From: Porphyridium purpureum
Lineage: Eukaryota
DNA: 64,000 nucleotides
Direction: 5' to 3'
NCBI GenBank assembly: GCA_008690995.1
Contig: VRMN01000018.1
Location: 1-64,000 of the forward strand
Shown here piece by piece: positions 1 to 10,278 of the stretch (its first letter is position 1; the number at the start of each line of letters is the position of its first letter). The notes beneath the pieces are model-generated. The model saw only the letters and a list, made by a program, of their open reading frames with translations. It was not told the DNA's origin and searched no databases. Position numbers and translations under genes: made by a program.

Positions 1-964
1 GACGACCACAGTCGAGTCGCTCGGGCTGACGGAGCAAGCTAAAGCTATGGTTGTTCACCTGGCATTTGACTCCCAAGAGCTGGTCGAAGCAAGTAACATT
101 GTCGCGAAGGGCACGCGGGAGAACGAGGACAGTAAGCAAATTTGGAACCGATTACAAAAGATATACTGGACGAACGAAAACGAGACCACAGCTTGGAACG
201 ACTTGGTTGAGATGAAGTATAGTCCAGGAACGGACTTCCATGCTCATTTAGAGCAAGCGCGCATCAAGGCAATTGCTACTGGCACGCCCGATCGAACTCA
301 AGTTGCCTTTATATCGCGAACGGTGCCACAAGGGCTGCGCGAAAGCATGGAAGCTGATATCCGAGCCACTGAAGATCCCGTGGAGTACGTTGCCAAGTTG
401 AAAGCCAAGTTTGAAAGGTACCCTGTTGTCGCGGAAGTGGTGGTCAAGTCGAATCAAGCAATCGAACGTTAGGATAATCGTCGCAAACCCGCAACATCGT
501 CACAGAAGCCTTTGTTTGAAAATATCTCGAGCCGACTGGACGTACGAAGTGAGCGCCCGGCGGACTGTCAAGGTGAAGGAAAGCCTCCAAACAAGACCAG
601 GTTTGCAGCACAACAGCCCGCCGAACGATTTCACTTGGTCGAGAAGACGAAGATGCACGCACAGCCGAGGCTCGCGGGGCAGATGGGGTGGCAGCATGCG
701 AGGCAAGAAATCATCCCAAGTCCGGCCAATCCTACGGGACAGTCCGGAGCGGGGCTGTCCAGGAACAAGCAGAGCGTTTCCGCTACTCCCGGCAGAATGG
801 CTTATTGTCACAAACGGAGCTTCCTTCTTTACTTTCACTCTCCTGCTCTACCTCCTCTCTCTCCTTCCAAGCCTTTTCTCTTCCTTCAGCTGGTGCTGGC
901 TCTGTTTTATACCCGCCTTCCGGCGCCGCAACGGCCTGCGCGGCGGGTTCAGCCCTCGGAATAA
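1..964 (+). pseudogene. Retrotransposon gag-like relic, 5'-truncated by window edge, with in-frame TAG at 470-472
   Basis: Frame is open from position 2. IWNRLQKIYW...AWNDLVEMKYSPGTDFHAHLE follows the Retrotrans_gag pattern also seen in element A gag (AWAAVAAYFY...HDVEYVIGQDLKKFVE). ORF 512-964 is the same frame after one stop. No pol follows. Confidence 0.5.
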
Positions 965-1379
965 CCCAATCCTGCGACCCTCAAGATAACTCAGCTATAT
1001 ATCGCAGTACATGTTGAAACTCCGCGCACGGAAAGAGCCACTTTTATTCCTCAAACAGCAAAAGGAGTCCCTTTACACCCCCTGGCGGCAAAAACATACG
1101 AACCTACCTCCTCGTCCCTACCTCACGCCGGCCGCTTTGCCTGCCCTGATACTTACGTATCACTCGGTCCACCGAATCGCCCATTTCTTTCACCTTGTCA
1201 CGCACGTAGACAATGATTCGCTGGACGCCTCGTGCACACTCTGCCGAAAGTACACCACCCACTGATTCCCACGCCAACAGTACACCCAACAACTGTACTT
1301 TTAGTACATTTAGCAACTGTTCTTCTGCGTACTCGCTGTATTGAGACCTGCATCAGATCGCTCGCGACAGATAAGGTGT

Positions 1380-2703
1380 GACCAAATAGGATAGGGGACA
1401 GTCAAAAGTTTCAGAAAAAATAGTTAAGTAATAGTAAATTTTGATGTTTTGCTATGAAAGTAGAACGGGCGGGGTTCGTCTGCAACGGTTACGACGAAAT
1501 TTGTGGCTCAAAACGGATACGGAACACTGTGTGGAAGCGAAATATCTCGGAAGTCGTCTGTTCAGAGCAAGTGGGAAAGTGCGGATCCATCGCAGCTCGC
1601 GAAGAGCTCCATTCTGACTCTATGGGGCGTAAGATTGGCCTTACAGGTGAAGAGAAAGGACGTACTCAGGGTCTCCGGGAGTCGTGCGACAGCGTGAGAG
1701 CCATTGCGACCAAAATTGGGCGCTCTAAGAACGCGGCTTTCCGCTAATTGTCGGCTCCAAACGACTACTGCCAGAAATATGCCAATGTGAACGCTTTAAA
1801 GCTGACTGAGGCGGTCAAAACGAAGATTTGTAACATTGCCAAGCTTCCGACCACTCACATGGCACGTCAGGTTCAAGCAGCTTTGCGAATTCCTGGAGCC
1901 TAATCAATCCAAAGTTTGACCACAATCAGGAAAGCAATGAGTGTCACGCATATATACCGCAAAATGCCAGCTTGTCCGCCACTGACACTTGACCACAAGC
2001 TGAAGAGGCTGCCCTTGGCCAGATGCCATCAGTTGGAACAGACAAATTGGGCCGCAAGTGTGTTCACTGCCGAAAAGAAGTTCAAGCTAGACGGACCAGA
2101 TGGTTTCCACAAGACGTGGTTTGAGCGTACGGTGGAAGTTCCAGACGTTTAGCCGCGACATGCTGGCGGGCGGCGGATGCATAGTTTGGGGCGCAATTTC
2201 TGCAAGAGGAAAGATTCACCTGCATCTTATTGAGGGAACGTTTACGGCTGCAAAATATGTTTCCATGCTTCGAGAGGACAATGTGCTGGACCGCTGCCGT
2301 CAGCTGGTGGGCCCGAACATGGTTTTTCAGCAGGATAACGCGCCAGTACACACAAGTCGCCCGGTTAAGAATTTCATAAATGATGAGAATATGGAGCGTC
2401 TACTCTGGCCAGCGTACTCGTCGGACTTCAATATTATCGAGAACCTGTGGGGGATACTAGTACGCAAGATTTACGAGGGTGCAAGGTAGTATCAGACGGT
2501 GCTGGAGCTCAAGAATGCCATTTTACTGGCTTGGGAGACTTTGGACCAGCCTGTACCGGCCAATTTGTACGTGTCTCTGCCAAACCGAATATTCGACTGT
2601 GCATATCTTCGAGGCGCGTACGTGCAAGGAAACCGCGACCAATTCCGATTTTCTATGGCTGAGTAATGGCCAGAAATGTGCCGTGTCCCCTATCCGTTTT
2701 GAC
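1380..2703 (+). mobile_element. Degenerate Tc1/mariner (Tc3-like, DD34E) DNA transposon
   Basis: Inverted terminal core GGATAGGGGACA (1389-1400) / TGTCCCCTATCC (2684-2695) flanks a broken transposase; outer TIR ends are decayed, so limits are approximate. Confidence 0.8.
1622..2666 (+). pseudogene. Tc3-like transposase pseudogene
   Basis: N-terminal HTH MGRKIGLTGEEKG...RAIATKIGRS; VFTAEKKFKLDGPDG (first catalytic D changed to A), FQQDNAPVH, WPAYSSDFNIIENLWG; several stops and frameshifts. Confidence 0.88.
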
Positions 2704-3679
2704 TTACTTCACATTCCCTCTTCACCGGACCTCTATCCTTTTTATGGTAAAGCAGATCATTTTACTAGTAAACCTTGAAAAAGGGACTGTCTCGTAACCG
2801 ATTTGGTCGCACTTTACATTGAAAATGTTTCATTCAATGGCTTACCGTGGACCAGTGGTTTACGCGCCAGGGCTGTGTTGATAAGCGGGCATTCGAGTTC
2901 AGAAAAGTTGTGCAGGGATCGGGGAAGAAGCCGACGCGGCGCACTCTTTTTTCTATGGCCACCTTTCAGGAAGCTGGCAAACTAAGCTTCCTTTGGACGA
3001 GTTTGTGGTTTTGGTCAAGACACTACACTAAGCGTGTGGAAAATATTGCTACTTTTGGTCGGAAACGAGAATGTTTGCTTGTCCTTTCTGCTCACGCAAG
3101 TTTAAGGCGTGCTTGAGGGACTCTGCAGCCACGACCACATGCGTGCTGCATGCCGCAAGTGTGCTCTAGCATTATTGCGACGTTTCACAACTACTGCAGA
3201 CAAGCTTTTTGGGCAGCAGAACTCACCAACCAGCGTTTCTGCATGCCGGCGAATCAACAAGGCGCAATAAAAAAATTGAGAAAGCCTTATCGTCACAGCC
3301 AAATCAGACCCTAGTGGACACGCTGGTCCTTCGCACGCCCGTTTGAGCAATGGCATGATTCCAACATTAGGAGCCGTAAGCTCTCGCCATCGCCTCGGCC
3401 ATGGCCGCAAAAGGTCTGCTATCGCTCTTGCATGAACTCACTTGCTCCAAGTCTGTGACGAGGAGATCCGGTGAAGTAGTGAAAATTATCAATAGCAAAA
3501 CAGAGTGTCTTGCCATGGAATGAAACATTTTCGGTGTATCTCTGTAACTTTATACAGATTTTGGTCAATCTTGACGCGTTTTGTCAATTTCTGGTTGTCT
3601 TTGTCTTTTTCTAAGTGAATTTGGTTGCTTTCATCGTTAACCCTAAATTAATTACTGGCATTCAGGGAAAGGATATGGT

Positions 3680-4306
3680 GCAACTGTTATAGCCTTCCCT
3701 TGTGGAAGATGCAGATGCGCAATGCGCACGTACCTAAAGAACTCAATCCTATTCAGACGAAAACTGAATTTCTCGAACAAATTCCTTTGTTTAACTCCAC
3801 ATCTCTACCGAACGAAACGAGAATCGAAGGTCAATGTCAAAACCAAACTACACATCATACTTCTCCTCTACTCTGCTCACTACCCTCTCGAAACCTGGCC
3901 ATGCGCGCCAAACTGCACCCCTTCGCTCTTGCAACCCTCATTCCGAAAAACTGAGAGGTTTCCAATAGTGCTCGCGCAAGCGAACGGTCAGCTCCCCTAA
4001 CCTTGAGAAAAACTGCCTTGCTTTTGCATCCGGTCGCAGCAAGGTCTTCCCATTATGAGTGCAGACGCTGGGGGTATGATCATCCCACATCTTCAACCAA
4101 AGCCAACACAGCAAATCAAGTTAAGCAAGGGTCGCGTCGAGACAATAACATATGCAAGAGGCGTGCCCCATGCAGAGGCAACCTACCGGTACATGCATGG
4201 GAGGGTAAAGGCCATGCCGACGTCGACGGCAGGAGAAGCTCGGCCAGCTTGGAGTGAGTGCGGCTGGCACTCGAAGCAGCCGCTCATCTCCGGTGCTTAC
4301 GGTTTT
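3680..4306 (+). repeat. Unidentified degenerate dispersed repeat, copy 1 (interrupted by element A, probably continues at 11595-11930)
   Basis: Aligns by eye with 37605-37930 (gaactcaatcct..agacgaaaact, aaattcc.tttgtttaact.cacatctctacc, ctcgaaacc, aagcaagggtc). Confidence 0.65.
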
Positions 4307-5384
4307 TGTCACGGGAGTAGCCCGTGTGTTAAGGAAATGATTAAAAAATAGCCATAGTCCGTGGCCGGATACCTGGTCGCGCCGGACCCACTGTACTGTA
4401 GGTGTACAAGGGGGCGCGTGGTAGGCCTGAAGGCCCCTACCCTTAGGGACCAGACGCGCGATGACCACCCAGTATGGAATGGGTGTACAGCCAGGAGGTG
4501 GCTGGAACCTTCTGGAAGGTTCTAGACTCAGCGACAGCAAGGCACTGTACCTCGGAGGTACAGTGGTCGCGATGGGTATAAAAAGACGCGCGGGTCGGCA
4601 ACCAAGGGGGGGAGAGGGGGGCCGGGAGACAGAAGGAGTAAGGTGGATCTAAGTAAAAACAGGTGTATTCAAGGAAGCGTGTTCGGGCCTTGGGTACCTG
4701 TTGAGGAGCGGGGTACAGCGGGAGTACAGCGGGGGTACGGCGGGGGTACGGCGGGAGTACAGCGCGAGCGAGCGAGCGGGGGGTTTAACGGGGAAGGTTC
4801 GCGGATGCCCTGGGGTAAGGCGTCGTTAGACGGTCCTTGTTCGGAAGCGGATCCGGGGGTGGTACGTGGGCGGGGGCGGATAAAGGAGTGATAGGCCGTT
4901 TGAAGCCGAAAGGTGAGGTAACCTCCTCCGGCTAACCCCGGCTGCCCACAACGCCTCCCCGGGTCCCGGATCACCGTAAAGTGTGGCCGAACGGGATCCC
5001 GGTTGGGCAGCGGACGCCTGGTTCCCCCGTTACGCGCGTCTTCCGTGTGTGTGCTTTTGGTTGGCTGTGCCTGCTCCGTGCGTGTGCTCTTGGTTGGCTG
5101 TGTCTTTCCCGTGTGCCTGCTCTTGGTTGGCTGTGTCTTTCCCGTGTGCCTGCTCTTGGTTGGTTCTGTCGGTCCCGTGTGTGGGTGCTCTTGGCTGTTC
5201 GCGTGTGAGCAGCGTGCGTGAGCGTCGTTGGTTCCGGGTTTCCTGCCTGCCGCAGGTCCAGTTGACTGCGGGTGTCTTGTGTTTCCTCTTGGTTGCGTGG
5301 ATTGTCCAGCTTGTGTGCGTGCGTGTGCCGCTTGGCTTGCTGTTGGGTGTGCCGCGGTGTCCTGGGCCAGCACGGTTCGTGACA
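4307..5384 (+). repeat. 5' LTR of element A (1078 bp)
   Basis: Starts TGTCACG, ends CGTGACA; matches 10518-11594 except one A in an A-run near the start. Confidence 0.97.
4504..4584 (+). promoter_or_regulatory. LTR A promoter: 4-unit heat-shock element, 11-bp inverted repeat and TATA box
   Basis: gGAAc cTTCt gGAAg gTTCt (4504-4523); CACTGTACCTC-g-GAGGTACAGTG (4543-4565); TATAAAAA (4577-4584). Confidence 0.65.
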
Positions 5385-5563
5385 TAATTTCCGGAAATTA
5401 TCTTCCAGGATTGCGTGGCATCTGACGTTGGTGCGAGAGAGGGTGGGGTGTGGACGTGAGATCGGTCTTGATCTTGGGCAAACTTGTGTCCACATTCTGA
5501 TACGTACGGTCACCGAGTGAAGGATTGCGAGAGAGGATTCGGAGCAGGAACGAAGTCGCAGAA

Positions 5564-6505
5564 ATGGTGCGTGGCAGGAAGACGACGATGGGCTCAGACG
5601 ATGCGCGAGAGCACGCGTCCTCGAGCGAGCTGGAACGTGCACAGGCTGGCGCGCTGGCACCAGAGCCGACAATGCCCACGGCTCGTGGTGACGAGATAGG
5701 AAGTCATGGGGTTGTGAGTGTTCAGCAGAAGGAAGAGGGTGTCCCCGCCATTGTGCGCGGCAAGATTCGTTCTCAACTGGGCCAGGCTATTTGTGACGCG
5801 GGCGTGCAGATTGAGAAGGCCGGTGATCCACTTTTTCTGACCGCCAAGATGGTCTGGTTCAATCGCCTGCGTGACATGGGAGAGGATCCAGACCAACATG
5901 TATCCTCGATTGATGCAGTTTTCCGCGGGGTGGGGCTGAGGAAATGCTACGAGGTCCTGTCGGAGTTGCACGGTGCAACAGCACAAGAGGCATGGGCGGC
6001 AGTGGCTGCTTACTTCTACAACAAGGAGCACGAGCGCGCCCTTCGTGCAGAGCATCACGATGTTGAGTATGTTATTGGCCAGGACCTGAAGAAATTCGTG
6101 GAGGTTCTGGAGGATCGCTGCACGGCTCTGGGAGAATCTGACACTCGCAAGATTGAGGCACTTACGTTGGCGCTTCCGAAAAACTCCGAGCTGCGTCGTC
6201 AGGCCAGGACGTACGGCATACAGGGGAACTGGACCTTGATGAAGACTGCTCTGTTGGAGGAGGCTGGTCAGTATGGAACCTTTGGTGCGCTTGGCTCGCA
6301 GTACGGTGTAAGGGCAGTGAGGAAGCCCGAGCGCGTGCACCATTTGGGTAACTTTGATGAAGCTGGGCTCCATGGGTTGAATCCTCGCAAGCGACTGGTC
6401 AAGTGCTGGGAGTGCCAGGAGCGGGGCCACGTTCGCATGGAGTGCCCAAAGTGGGAGAAAAATAAGAGGCAGAGGACCGAAGAACGCCAGACAAAAAACG
6501 AGTAG
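5564..6505 (+). CDS. gag: Gag of element A
   Basis: Capsid-like region and CCHC knuckle CWECQERGHVRMEC; first in-frame ATG at 5564 (5588 is an alternative). Confidence 0.9.
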   Translation: MVRGRKTTMGSDDAREHASSSELERAQAGALAPEPTMPTARGDEIGSHGVVSVQQKEEGVPAIVRGKIRSQLGQAICDAGVQIEKAGDPLFLTAKMVWFNRLRDMGEDPDQHVSSIDAVFRGVGLRKCYEVLSELHGATAQEAWAAVAAYFYNKEHERALRAEHHDVEYVIGQDLKKFVEVLEDRCTALGESDTRKIEALTLALPKNSELRRQARTYGIQGNWTLMKTALLEEAGQYGTFGALGSQYGVRAVRKPERVHHLGNFDEAGLHGLNPRKRLVKCWECQERGHVRMECPKWEKNKRQRTEERQTKNE

Positions 6506-6528
6506 CGGGGGGATGCGAAGGCCCCCCG
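6493..6528 (+). other. -1 programmed ribosomal frameshift signal (element A)
   Basis: Slippery heptamer A AAA AAC (6493-6499), 6-nt spacer, 7-bp stem CGGGGGG/CCCCCCG (6506-6512 / 6522-6528); pol is open in the -1 frame. Confidence 0.85.
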
Positions 6529-9500
6529 GAATCTGAAGAATTGTCGGAGGCAGTCCCACTGGGCTCGTATCCGTGGATAGACGTACATGCTGAATGGGGA
6601 GGTCTGAAGGTTCGGACTACTGCGCTGGTTGATACGGGGGCTTTATCCACGTGGATGAGCGACGATTTGGCTGACCGTCTTGGGCTTCTTCGCAGAAAGA
6701 CCCACACACAGGCATTGGGCCCAACCAATGAGGTGTTGGGGGAGGCCGAGGAGAGCGTTGCCGTAATTTGGGTTGGTGAGGGAATTCAGTCGGAGGAAAG
6801 CGTCTGGATTATGAGGAACCTCGGACCTGATCTCATACTGGGAATGCGTTTTCTTGCCAAGCATGTCAGTTACTTGATCCCGGGAAGGGGTCTGGGCCTA
6901 CGCTCGGGCGGATGGATTACTTTTGTCAACCGAGACGTTTCCATTGCACAGGAAGCCGTGTGTCATACATGCCTGGAAAGACACAGGATCCTGGGATCGA
7001 TGTATGAGGAAGCCAAACCCACGGTGCAGTTGGAGGCGGTGCACTATATTGCTGATGGAGCAGAAGTGAAGAAGCGAATCCAGGCCCTCGAAGAAAAGTA
7101 TGCAGGTCACAACGAGGCTGTTTGTACTACCATTGAAGCCAAGATCTTTGAGCATTTGGATGAAGCGCAAAGCAGGGAGATGAAAGGGCTCTTGAAGAAG
7201 TTTTGGGTTCTCTTCCGGCCGGAGCTGGGTAAGACAGACCTCGTCGAGCATACGATCCGCATCAAGCCAGAGCGTTTGGAGGATCTCCCCAGGGCAAAGT
7301 TACGTCGCAGGGCTCCTGCGGTGACGCAGGCTGAGCGCGAGATGGTGCAAGGGCTGGTCGCCCGAGGAGTGCTGGAGCCGAGTTTGTCAGATGTGTCGAG
7401 CCAGAATGTCATGGTCAAGAAGCCGAATGGCGGCTGGCGTCTGACGACAGACTTCCGAACGCTTAATGATGCGACTGTTAAAGATCGATATCCCATTCCG
7501 GACGTGGGAGAGATGATCGACTGGTTTGCATCGTGGAAGTTCAAGAGTATCCTGGATCTGAAGGATGGCTTCTTCCAGGTCCCTCTGGCCCCCGAGAGCC
7601 GACCATTGACAGCGATTATCACTCCGGACGGGCTGTTTCAATACTGCCGATTACCTCAGGGTTGCTGTAATAGCCCAAGTACCTTCCAGCGATTGACAAA
7701 TACGGTCCTGGGCCCGCTCAGGTACCTGAATGCATTGGTTTACATCGATGATTTGGCAATCGGGACAAAGACGTTTGAAGAGCACTTGCAAGCGCTGCAG
7801 CGGGTGCTGGAGCAATTCTGCGCTGCGGGCTTGGTGTTCTCATTGTCGAAGTGCAGATTTGGGGCTTTAAGGGTCGAGTTTCTTGGACATGATATCGGCC
7901 TGGACGGTATAAGGCCGAGCCAGAGGAAGACGGAGGCTGTGCGAGCATGGCAGGAGCCGAGGAATGCAAAGGAACTGCAGCAGTTCATTGGGCTCGTGGG
8001 GTGGTTCCGCAATTTTATCGAGGGATTTGAGGAAGTCTGCAGACCTCTTAGGGATGCTATGAAGGGCCTTCAAATCAACGCCAAAGGAAGCAAGTGGAAG
8101 AAATACCCTATGAACTCGGCGGATTGGCAGGCACGATTTGGTGAGCCTCAGAGTCAGGCGTTTCTGTCGCTTCGGGAAGCACTCAGTGATCCAGAAACTG
8201 GAGATCGAAAGGTTTTGGCTGCATACGACCCAGAAGCAGAGCATACGCTGTGGACAGACGCTTCTAGCACTGGCTTGGGAGCAATGTTGACGCAGAGGGA
8301 GGGTACTGGCGATCGTCCAGTGGCATTTTACTCGAGGCTTCTGAGACCGGCCGAGCAGAACTATACCGTGACGGAGAAGGAGTGCTTGGCCGCCATTGCA
8401 GCCATGGAGCACTTCAGGCATTACTTGTACGGCAAACGATTCGTGCTCATGACTGACCACAGCGCATTGAGCTGGCTCATGAGGCAAAAGGAGCCTCAAG
8501 GTCGGATTGCGCGATGGATTCTCAAGGTACAGGACTTCGACTTCCAGGTTCAGCATCATCCAGGCAAGGCGAATACAGTGGCAGATGCGCTTTCGCGTCC
8601 AGCTGTACGTATGAATGGGGAAGAGGCTCGGGTGGCGAGCGAGAGCAATAAGTCTGAGACTCTCAACAACACGAGCGAAATCGAGCTCATTGGACTGAAT
8701 GCTGTTGAGGATGAGGAAGTGAAGTGGGTAGTTCGGTTGGCTGAAATGCTGCAGGAAGAGATTCAGGGTCCAGCTTCGGGGGCCGATGGGGGTATGGTCC
8801 CTGTCACATCGGCCGGAGTGCGAGAGCTGCTGCTTCATACTGGCGAGCATACAGGAGCGAACGATGCGTACACACCACCTTCGATGGAAGAGATCGTGGC
8901 TGCATACGCAGACGACACGGACATTCAGGAACAGTTGAAGAATCTGAAAGCAGATAAGCCCGAATACACGTACCCGGAGTACACCGTTGATGAGGATGGA
9001 GTCATCTGGGCTATGCTTCGCGATGAGTCCAGGGTCGTGATACCAAACGCTCTGGTGCAGCGCGTCCTGCATGTGTATCACAGCACGCCACTTTCAGGGC
9101 ACCTTGGAATAGAAAAGACTGCAAAGCGGGTCTCGGATGCACGATACTGGTGGACCGGTTGGACGGAAGATGTTCGTCAGTTTGTTCTTTGTTGCCATGA
9201 GTGCTTTTCAAGGAAAACAAAGGCGCCCCCGAGAAGGGCTCGCATGCAAGTCTATCGCGCGGTGAGACGTTTCGAGATTGTCTCGATAGATGTTCTGAGT
9301 ATCACACCGACAACAACTCGCGGGCACAGCAAAGTGGTAATCATGGTGGACGCCTTCACAAAGTGGGTTCGTGCCCATGCAGTCAAGGATGAGACTGCGG
9401 CTACACTGGCACGTGTTTTCCTAGACGGTTGGGTGTGCGATTTTGGACCGCCAGAATCTCTGCTGTCCGACCGGGGACCGGGCTTTGTAGCCGACATCCT

Positions 9501-10278
9501 TTCAAAAATGTGTGAAAATCTGGGTGTAGGACGTATGCTTACGACAGCATACCATCCGCAGACGAACGGGGTTGTGGAGCGCTTCAACCAGACAGTGTGT
9601 CAAATGTTGTCGGCATACGTGTGTGCGAACGGAAAAGACTGGGATCGCTGGTTGCCGGTAATGGTGTATGCGTATAATACAGCCCGGCATGCATCCACGA
9701 AGATGTCTCCGTTTGAACTGTTGTATGGTGAGCCGGCGCGGGACTGGGCAAGTATGGCGGGACCCAGAGCTGTTGAACAAGCAGATGACCTCGCGAAGAA
9801 GCTTGCTGCATGTCACGCCATTGCCAATAAGAATGCGAAGATCGCACAGGATCGGTACACGAAGAACTATGATCGCCGAGTCAGGGAACATGACTTCAAG
9901 CCGGGCGACGTGGTGTACGTTTGGGCGCCGCCTTCAGGAGAAGGGCGCAAGCTGAAAAAGCCGTGGGTAGGACCACTATCCATCCTGAGAATGGTCGGGG
10001 TTCATGCAGTACTGTGCAGTGAAGGCCATCCTGACGGGAAGTTGGTCCACGTGAACCGGCTTGCTCGGGCCCACAAGGACCTCCTTGAGGCAAGTGGATC
10101 CCAAGTCTTGCAAGGAGAAGACGGCAGCTGGGCTATAGAGGCTATAGCCGGGGATCGGGTTGTGGGCGGACGCCGAGAGTACAGAGTTAGATGGCGAGGA
10201 CTCGGTAAACGTGGGGATACGTGGGAACCTGAGCTCGCATTGCCACCAATGATGGTGGCTGCCTACCGTGACGCGTGA
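6493..10278 (+). CDS. pol: Pol of element A (protease, RT, RNase H, integrase, chromodomain)
   Basis: ALVDTGA; YIDD; WTDAS...TEKECLA...TDHSAL; HHCC (H..PLSGH...CHEC); SDRG, YHPQTNG; GPL; chromodomain WAIEAI...YRVRWRG...DTWEP. Confidence 0.96.
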   Translation, partial: KKRVAGGCEGPPESEELSEAVPLGSYPWIDVHAEWGGLKVRTTALVDTGALSTWMSDDLADRLGLLRRKTHTQALGPTNEVLGEAEESVAVIWVGEGIQSEESVWIMRNLGPDLILGMRFLAKHVSYLIPGRGLGLRSGGWITFVNRDVSIAQEAVCHTCLERHRILGSMYEEAKPTVQLEAVHYIADGAEVKKRIQALEEKYAGHNEAVCTTIEAKIFEHLDEAQSREMKGLLKKFWVLFRPELGKTDLVEHTIRIKPERLEDLPRAKLRRRAPAVTQAEREMVQGLVARGVLEPSLSDVSSQNVMVKKPNGGWRLTTDFRTLNDATVKDRYPIPDVGEMIDWFASWKFKSILDLKDGFFQVPLAPESRPLTAIITPDGLFQYCRLPQGCCNSPSTFQRLTNTVLGPLRYLNALVYIDDLAIGTKTFEEHLQALQRVLEQFCAAGLVFSLSKCRFGALRVEFLGHDIGLDGIRPSQRKTEAVRAWQEPRNAKELQQFIGLVGWFRNFIEGFEEVCRPLRDAMKGLQINAKGSKWKKYPMNSADWQARFGEPQSQAFLSLREALSDPETGDRKVLAAYDPEAEHTLWTDASSTGLGAMLTQREGTGDRPVAFYSRLLRPAEQNYTVTEKECLAAIAAMEHFRHYLYGKRFVLMTDHSALSWLMRQKEPQGRIARWILKVQDFDFQVQHHPGKANTVADALSRPAVRMNGEEARVASESNKSETLNNTSEIELIGLNAVEDEEVKWVVRLAEMLQEEIQGPASGADGGMVPVTSAGVRELLLHTGEHTGANDAYTPPSMEEIVAAYADDTDIQEQLKNLKADKPEYTYPEYTVDEDGVIWAMLRDESRVVIPNALVQRVLHVYHSTPLSGHLGIEKTAKRVSDARYWWTGWTEDVRQFVLCCHECFSRKTKAPPRRARMQVYRAVRRFEIVSIDVLSITPTTTRGHSKVVIMVDAFTKWVRAHAVKDETAATLARVFLDGWVCDFGPPESLLSDRGPGFVADILSKMCENLGVGRMLTTAYHPQTNGVVERFNQTVCQMLSAYVCANGKDWDRWLPVMVYAYNTARHASTKMSPFELLYGEPARDWASMAGPRAVEQADDLAKKLAACHAIANKNAKIAQDRYTKNYDRRVREHDFKPGDVVYVWAPPSGEGRKLKKPWVGPLSILRMVGVHAVLCSEGHPDGKLVHVNRLARAHKDLLEASGSQVLQGEDGSWAIEAIAGDRVVGGRREYRVRWRGLGKRGDTWEPELALPPMMVAAYRDA

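Noticed and set aside
806..1369. Possible solo LTR (TGTCAC...GCGACA termini, TATA-like at about 996)
   Set aside because: No matching TSD and no second copy in the window; cannot be supported.
3639..3647. AACCCTAAA telomere-like motif (also at about 33413)
   Set aside because: Single copies, not arrays; may be telo-boxes or chance.
4669..5387. ORFs inside LTR A (e.g. 238 aa on the - strand), duplicated at the 3' LTR
   Set aside because: Produced by low-complexity LTR repeats; no recognisable domain.
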